From a virus (lineage: Duplodnaviria; Caudoviricetes): a stretch of DNA of 64,000 nucleotides. Position numbers and translations under genes: made by a program. Where the stretch lies: positions 773 through 64,772 of the IMG/VR virus record IMGVR_UViG_3300010391_000174. The stretch is one strand, 5' to 3'. How positions within the stretch are numbered: the first letter of the stretch is position 1; every line of letters begins with the position of its first letter. A model generated the notes under the pieces. That model had not been told where the DNA came from, ran no database searches, and saw only the letters and a program-made list of their open reading frames with translations. Below, piece by piece: positions 59,984 through 64,000 of the stretch.

Positions 59984-61609
59984 ATGAAAACTAATATTGT
60001 AGTAGTATTTTCCTCACATTTATCTGATGCTGAAAATCAAGAATTTATAAAACATATTGATGATACTATTGGTGTTAAACATAAAGTAGTTTCATATCAG
60101 AATTTCAATCAATATAGTCTTGCACAAATATATAATAATGCAATAGCTGAACATAAAGCTGATGATTGCATTTTTGTAATGTGTCATAATGATATTGAAA
60201 TTAAAACCAGAAATTGGGGTAAGATATTGTTGAATCATTTTAATTATAATGATTATGGTATTATTGGTGTAGCTGGTAGCACATATATTCCCGCAAGCGG
60301 AATGTGGTGGGAAGACCGAAGTAAAATGTATGGAATTGTTGAACATACTGATGGTGCTAAATCGTGGACGAATGAATACTCCAATCCAATTAATGGCATT
60401 CAATCAACACTTATGGTTGATGGTTTATTTATGACATTTGACCCAAATAAAATTGTACATGGTTTTAATGAAAAATATGGTTTGTTTCATTTTTATGATT
60501 TAAGTTTTTGTGTTGATAATTATTTAGATGGCATTAATATAGGTGTAATCACCAATATTCGTGTAAAACATAAATCCGTAGGTCAAACAAATCAGAGTTG
60601 GGAAGATAATCGTAAGAAATTCGCCAGTGAATATAATCTTCCAATGCGATATGTGTCTGAAGATAAATTAAAAGTACTGATTTGTTGTCAGTTTTTTAAG
60701 AACTATACTGGTTCTGAAGTTAGTAATTATGAACTTAGTCGTGAACTCGTTAAGCTTGGTTGTGATGTAACTATTATTTCTTCTGTTGTTGGCGACCCGT
60801 TACTTAGTAAAGCACAGAAAAATGGTGTTAAGGTTTATTCGTATTACAATTTACCAAATTATGTTCTTGACCATGAACAAAAATTCCATTTTAAGAAAAA
60901 TGAAAAGGATTTCGATATAATCCATATTAATCATAAACCAATTGGTCAGTTGATATTAAATTTATATCCAAATACACCTGCGGTTATGCATGTCAGAAGT
61001 GAAGTTATTCCGGTTTTTGAAGAACCGATAGTTAATCCTGCAGTAAAACGATATATTTCCATCAGAGAATCAATTACAGACTATATAACGACATTTGGTG
61101 TACCAAGCGATAAGATTGTATTGATTGATAATCCATTCGACTACAAGCGATTTAATTGCGAATATAAGCCAATTAAAAATGAAAAGGAAGTAGTATTATT
61201 TATTGGCAGTCTTGATTATTTAAGAAAGAATGTTCTACTTGATTTAGCAAAAACAACAAAAGAAAATAACCAGATGTTATGGATAATTGGTGCTGATAAT
61301 GGTGGATATATAAAGGAAATATACGATTTAAATACCGAAAAGAATATAAAATATTATGGAGTTAAATCTAATGTTGAAGATTTTATTAAAAAGTGTGATT
61401 ATACTGCTGGAATTTTTAAAGGCAGGACGACAATTGAAGGATTTTTATGTGGAAAAACCGGATGGATATATACTGTAGATAAAGAAGGAAATATTTTAAA
61501 TAAGGTCTTACAAACAGTACCAGAGGATATTGAAAAGTATAGAAGTGATTTTTCAGCTAAGAAAGTACTTGAATTATATAATAAAATAATTAATGAGGTT
61601 TGGTTATAA
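59984..61609 (+). CDS. Two-domain glycosyltransferase (GT-A plus GT-B)
   Basis: MCHNDI, GIIGVAG, FHFYD; TGSE, GRTTIEGFLCG. Confidence 0.8.
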   Translation: MKTNIVVVFSSHLSDAENQEFIKHIDDTIGVKHKVVSYQNFNQYSLAQIYNNAIAEHKADDCIFVMCHNDIEIKTRNWGKILLNHFNYNDYGIIGVAGSTYIPASGMWWEDRSKMYGIVEHTDGAKSWTNEYSNPINGIQSTLMVDGLFMTFDPNKIVHGFNEKYGLFHFYDLSFCVDNYLDGINIGVITNIRVKHKSVGQTNQSWEDNRKKFASEYNLPMRYVSEDKLKVLICCQFFKNYTGSEVSNYELSRELVKLGCDVTIISSVVGDPLLSKAQKNGVKVYSYYNLPNYVLDHEQKFHFKKNEKDFDIIHINHKPIGQLILNLYPNTPAVMHVRSEVIPVFEEPIVNPAVKRYISIRESITDYITTFGVPSDKIVLIDNPFDYKRFNCEYKPIKNEKEVVLFIGSLDYLRKNVLLDLAKTTKENNQMLWIIGADNGGYIKEIYDLNTEKNIKYYGVKSNVEDFIKKCDYTAGIFKGRTTIEGFLCGKTGWIYTVDKEGNILNKVLQTVPEDIEKYRSDFSAKKVLELYNKIINEVWL

Positions 61610-61664
61610 ATAATAATTTTTCAGAAACACATAGTATTTACAATAAAGTATATTTAATTTATAC

Positions 61665-62930
61665 ATGTTAAAAGCAATTAAAATACGAATCTATCTTAAT
61701 AATGAACAAAAAGTTTATATTTCTAAACTATTGGGTTCTTGTAGATTTGTATATAATAATTGCCTTGCTTATAGAATTGAAAAATATAATCAAGAAAAAA
61801 TAACAATTGGCTTTGCAGAATTGGGAAAATATTTAACTGAACTTAAAAAGAAAGAAGAATACGTGTGGCTAAAAGATAGTCATTCAAAGGTATTACAACA
61901 AACACTTATTAACTTAGAATACGCATATAAATCATTTTTTAAAAATGATATGGGTTTTCCTAAGTTTAAATCAAAAAAAGATAATAAACAAAGTTGTAGA
62001 TTTCCTGTTGATGCTATTGGTGGAATATGTGGTAATAGAATTAACATCATTAAAACATTAAAGGATATTCACTACAAATGTAGTATTAATGATGAAAAAT
62101 ATTTAAATCATAATCAAAATTTAATTAAATCAGCAACATTAACTCGAACAAAATCAAATAAATATTATTTTTCAATTTTAATTGATAAACCAAATATTAA
62201 ATCATTACCAGAAATAGATAAAATTATTGGTATCGATTTAGGTATTAAAGATTTTGTAATTACATCTAAAGGCGATAAATTTGAGAACATTAAAACTATT
62301 AGAAATAATGAAAAACCATTAATAAAATTACAAAGACAATTAAGTAAAAAACAATTAAATAGTAAGAACAGAAACAAATTAAGAATTAAATTAGCAAAAA
62401 AATATGAAAAGATAAATAATATAAAGGAAAATTATTTACATCAAATTTCAAATCAATTGCTTAACGAAAATCAAGTTATAGTAATGGAAGATTTAAATGT
62501 AAATGGTATGTTAAAAAATCATAAATTAGTTAAATCTATACGAGAATTATCTTTAAGTAGATTTAAAGAAATGCTTATATATAAAGCTGATTGGTATGAT
62601 AGACAAGTTATTGAAATTGATAGATGGTATCCTTCAAGTAAATTGTGTTCAATATGTGGTTATAAAAATAATGAATTAAAATTAAGTGACAGAAAATGGA
62701 CATGTCCCGTTTGTAATACTATTCATGACAGAGATTATAATGCTGCAATTAATATAAAAAAAGAGGGTCTGAGAATTTTATCTATTAAAGAGAATAAATT
62801 AAATAATATTAAAATAGGGTTGGGTTCACCCGAATTAACGCTTGAGGACTATCCTCTGATGGATGACAAGGCAGAAATGCCCCTAAAAAGTTATGATAGA
62901 ATGAGACAAGAAAAAAATGAATTATTATAG
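61665..62930 (+). mobile_element. tnpB: Solo TnpB (IS200/IS605/IS607 family)
   Basis: GSCRFVYN, FPKFKSK, GIDLG, VMEDL, SSKLCSICG, CPVC..HDRDYNAAINI. Confidence 0.93.
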
Positions 62931-63115
62931 AATATTATGTAATTCGGAATCATTTAATTTATACGAAGATATTATAAATGAAACTTGGCAATGAAAAATC
63001 AATTAAATAAAAAAGAAACAATAAAAAAAAGATTGAGCTAAGACATCAAAAACTTAATTTCATAGAAAAACATATTCCAGTAGATAAATTAAAAGTAAAT
63101 CAAACAAATAAATTA

Positions 63116-64000
63116 ATGAATGAAAGAGATAGATTAAGAATTTTCGGCAAACCCAATGTAAATCCATTAGCTAAGAGTTCTGCACCAATTTTAGAGCAAA
63201 AAATACCAATATCAATTATAATTCCAACATGGCAAGCACAAAATTTTATTGAACAGTGTTTGGATTCAATTGAAAATCAAACTTATTTTAAAGACAATAA
63301 TAATTTTGAAGTATTGATAGGTGTTGATGCGTGCCAAGATACATTAAATAAGTTGATTGAAATTAAAAATAAATATAGAAATCTTAGTATTTTTATGATG
63401 AAATTCAATATGGGAACTTATGTAACAACAAATACTTTATTGGATTTAGTTAAAAATGAGAATATAATACGTTTTGATAGTGATGATGTGATGATGCCCG
63501 AAATGATTAATGAAATAATGCATCATGTAAATGATTATGAAATTATACAATTTGGTTATAGTGATTTTGATAATAGGGTTGAAAATGCATACAGAGGTTT
63601 TTCATCAGTTGCACTTGGTGCAATTTTTTATAAAAAATCTGTTTTTGAAAGAGCTGGTGGATATCAAAATTGGGTTTGTAGTGCCGATGGAGAATTATTA
63701 TTTAGAATGAAAGAGCATGCAAAATTTGGAAATATTAATAAGCCTTTATTTTTTAGAAGAATTCATCCAAATAGTCTGGGTAGAAAAGTTAATATTGCAA
63801 TTCGAAATGAATTAAAAAATAAATATAAAAGTCTTGGAGAAACATATAAAAATCTTGAAAATGTTAAAATAAATAAAGTTGTTAATGAATATACTTTAAT
63901 TGAATCACCATATGATTATAATATTTGTGTGGTAATCACCACATTTAATAGAGAAAATTTTGTTAAAAGATTATTAGATAATATAAATAAAAACAAAAAT
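63116..64000 (+). CDS. Glycosyltransferase family 2 (runs off window end)
   Basis: ISIIIPTWQAQNFIEQCLDSIENQT, RFDSDD; frame extends to ATG 62978 across a TAA at 63008. Confidence 0.8.
   Translation, partial: MNERDRLRIFGKPNVNPLAKSSAPILEQKIPISIIIPTWQAQNFIEQCLDSIENQTYFKDNNNFEVLIGVDACQDTLNKLIEIKNKYRNLSIFMMKFNMGTYVTTNTLLDLVKNENIIRFDSDDVMMPEMINEIMHHVNDYEIIQFGYSDFDNRVENAYRGFSSVALGAIFYKKSVFERAGGYQNWVCSADGELLFRMKEHAKFGNINKPLFFRRIHPNSLGRKVNIAIRNELKNKYKSLGETYKNLENVKINKVVNEYTLIESPYDYNICVVITTFNRENFVKRLLDNINKNKN

Noticed and set aside
1-64000. CRISPR array associated with TnpB or the Cas4-like nuclease
   Set aside because: No regularly spaced repeats seen by eye anywhere in the window
1-64000. Genome-wide stop-codon recoding
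   Set aside because: Core genes are full length in code 11 and end in TAA, TAG or TGA

Overview
AT-rich segment of a large T4-like (myovirus, probably jumbo) phage genome. The host is most likely Bacteroidota, based on TAnnTTTG promoters, A-rich starts without Shine-Dalgarno and a lipoprotein with a KEDD export signal. The window holds most of the virion module on both strands: terminase, portal, intein-containing prohead protease, scaffold, major capsid, neck, sheath, tube, tail chaperone, tape measure and baseplate genes. It also has a gp55-like sigma factor, nucleotide enzymes (ThyX, two dUTPases, MazG-like, HAD), several glycosyltransferases, four free-standing homing-type endonucleases and two solo TnpBs. 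Beyond the ORF track I found: a GTATTTAT late-promoter motif (about 20 copies, reverse-complement-like to the T4 late box), a candidate -1 frameshift in the tail chaperone, mini-ORFs resembling pieces of the major capsid protein, a shared GNAT/Mom-like domain fused to two different nucleases, an orphan TnpB omega-RNA remnant, a duplicated structured element upstream of terL, and three genes broken by a single in-frame TAA. All homology calls are by-eye motif recognition, not database searches.
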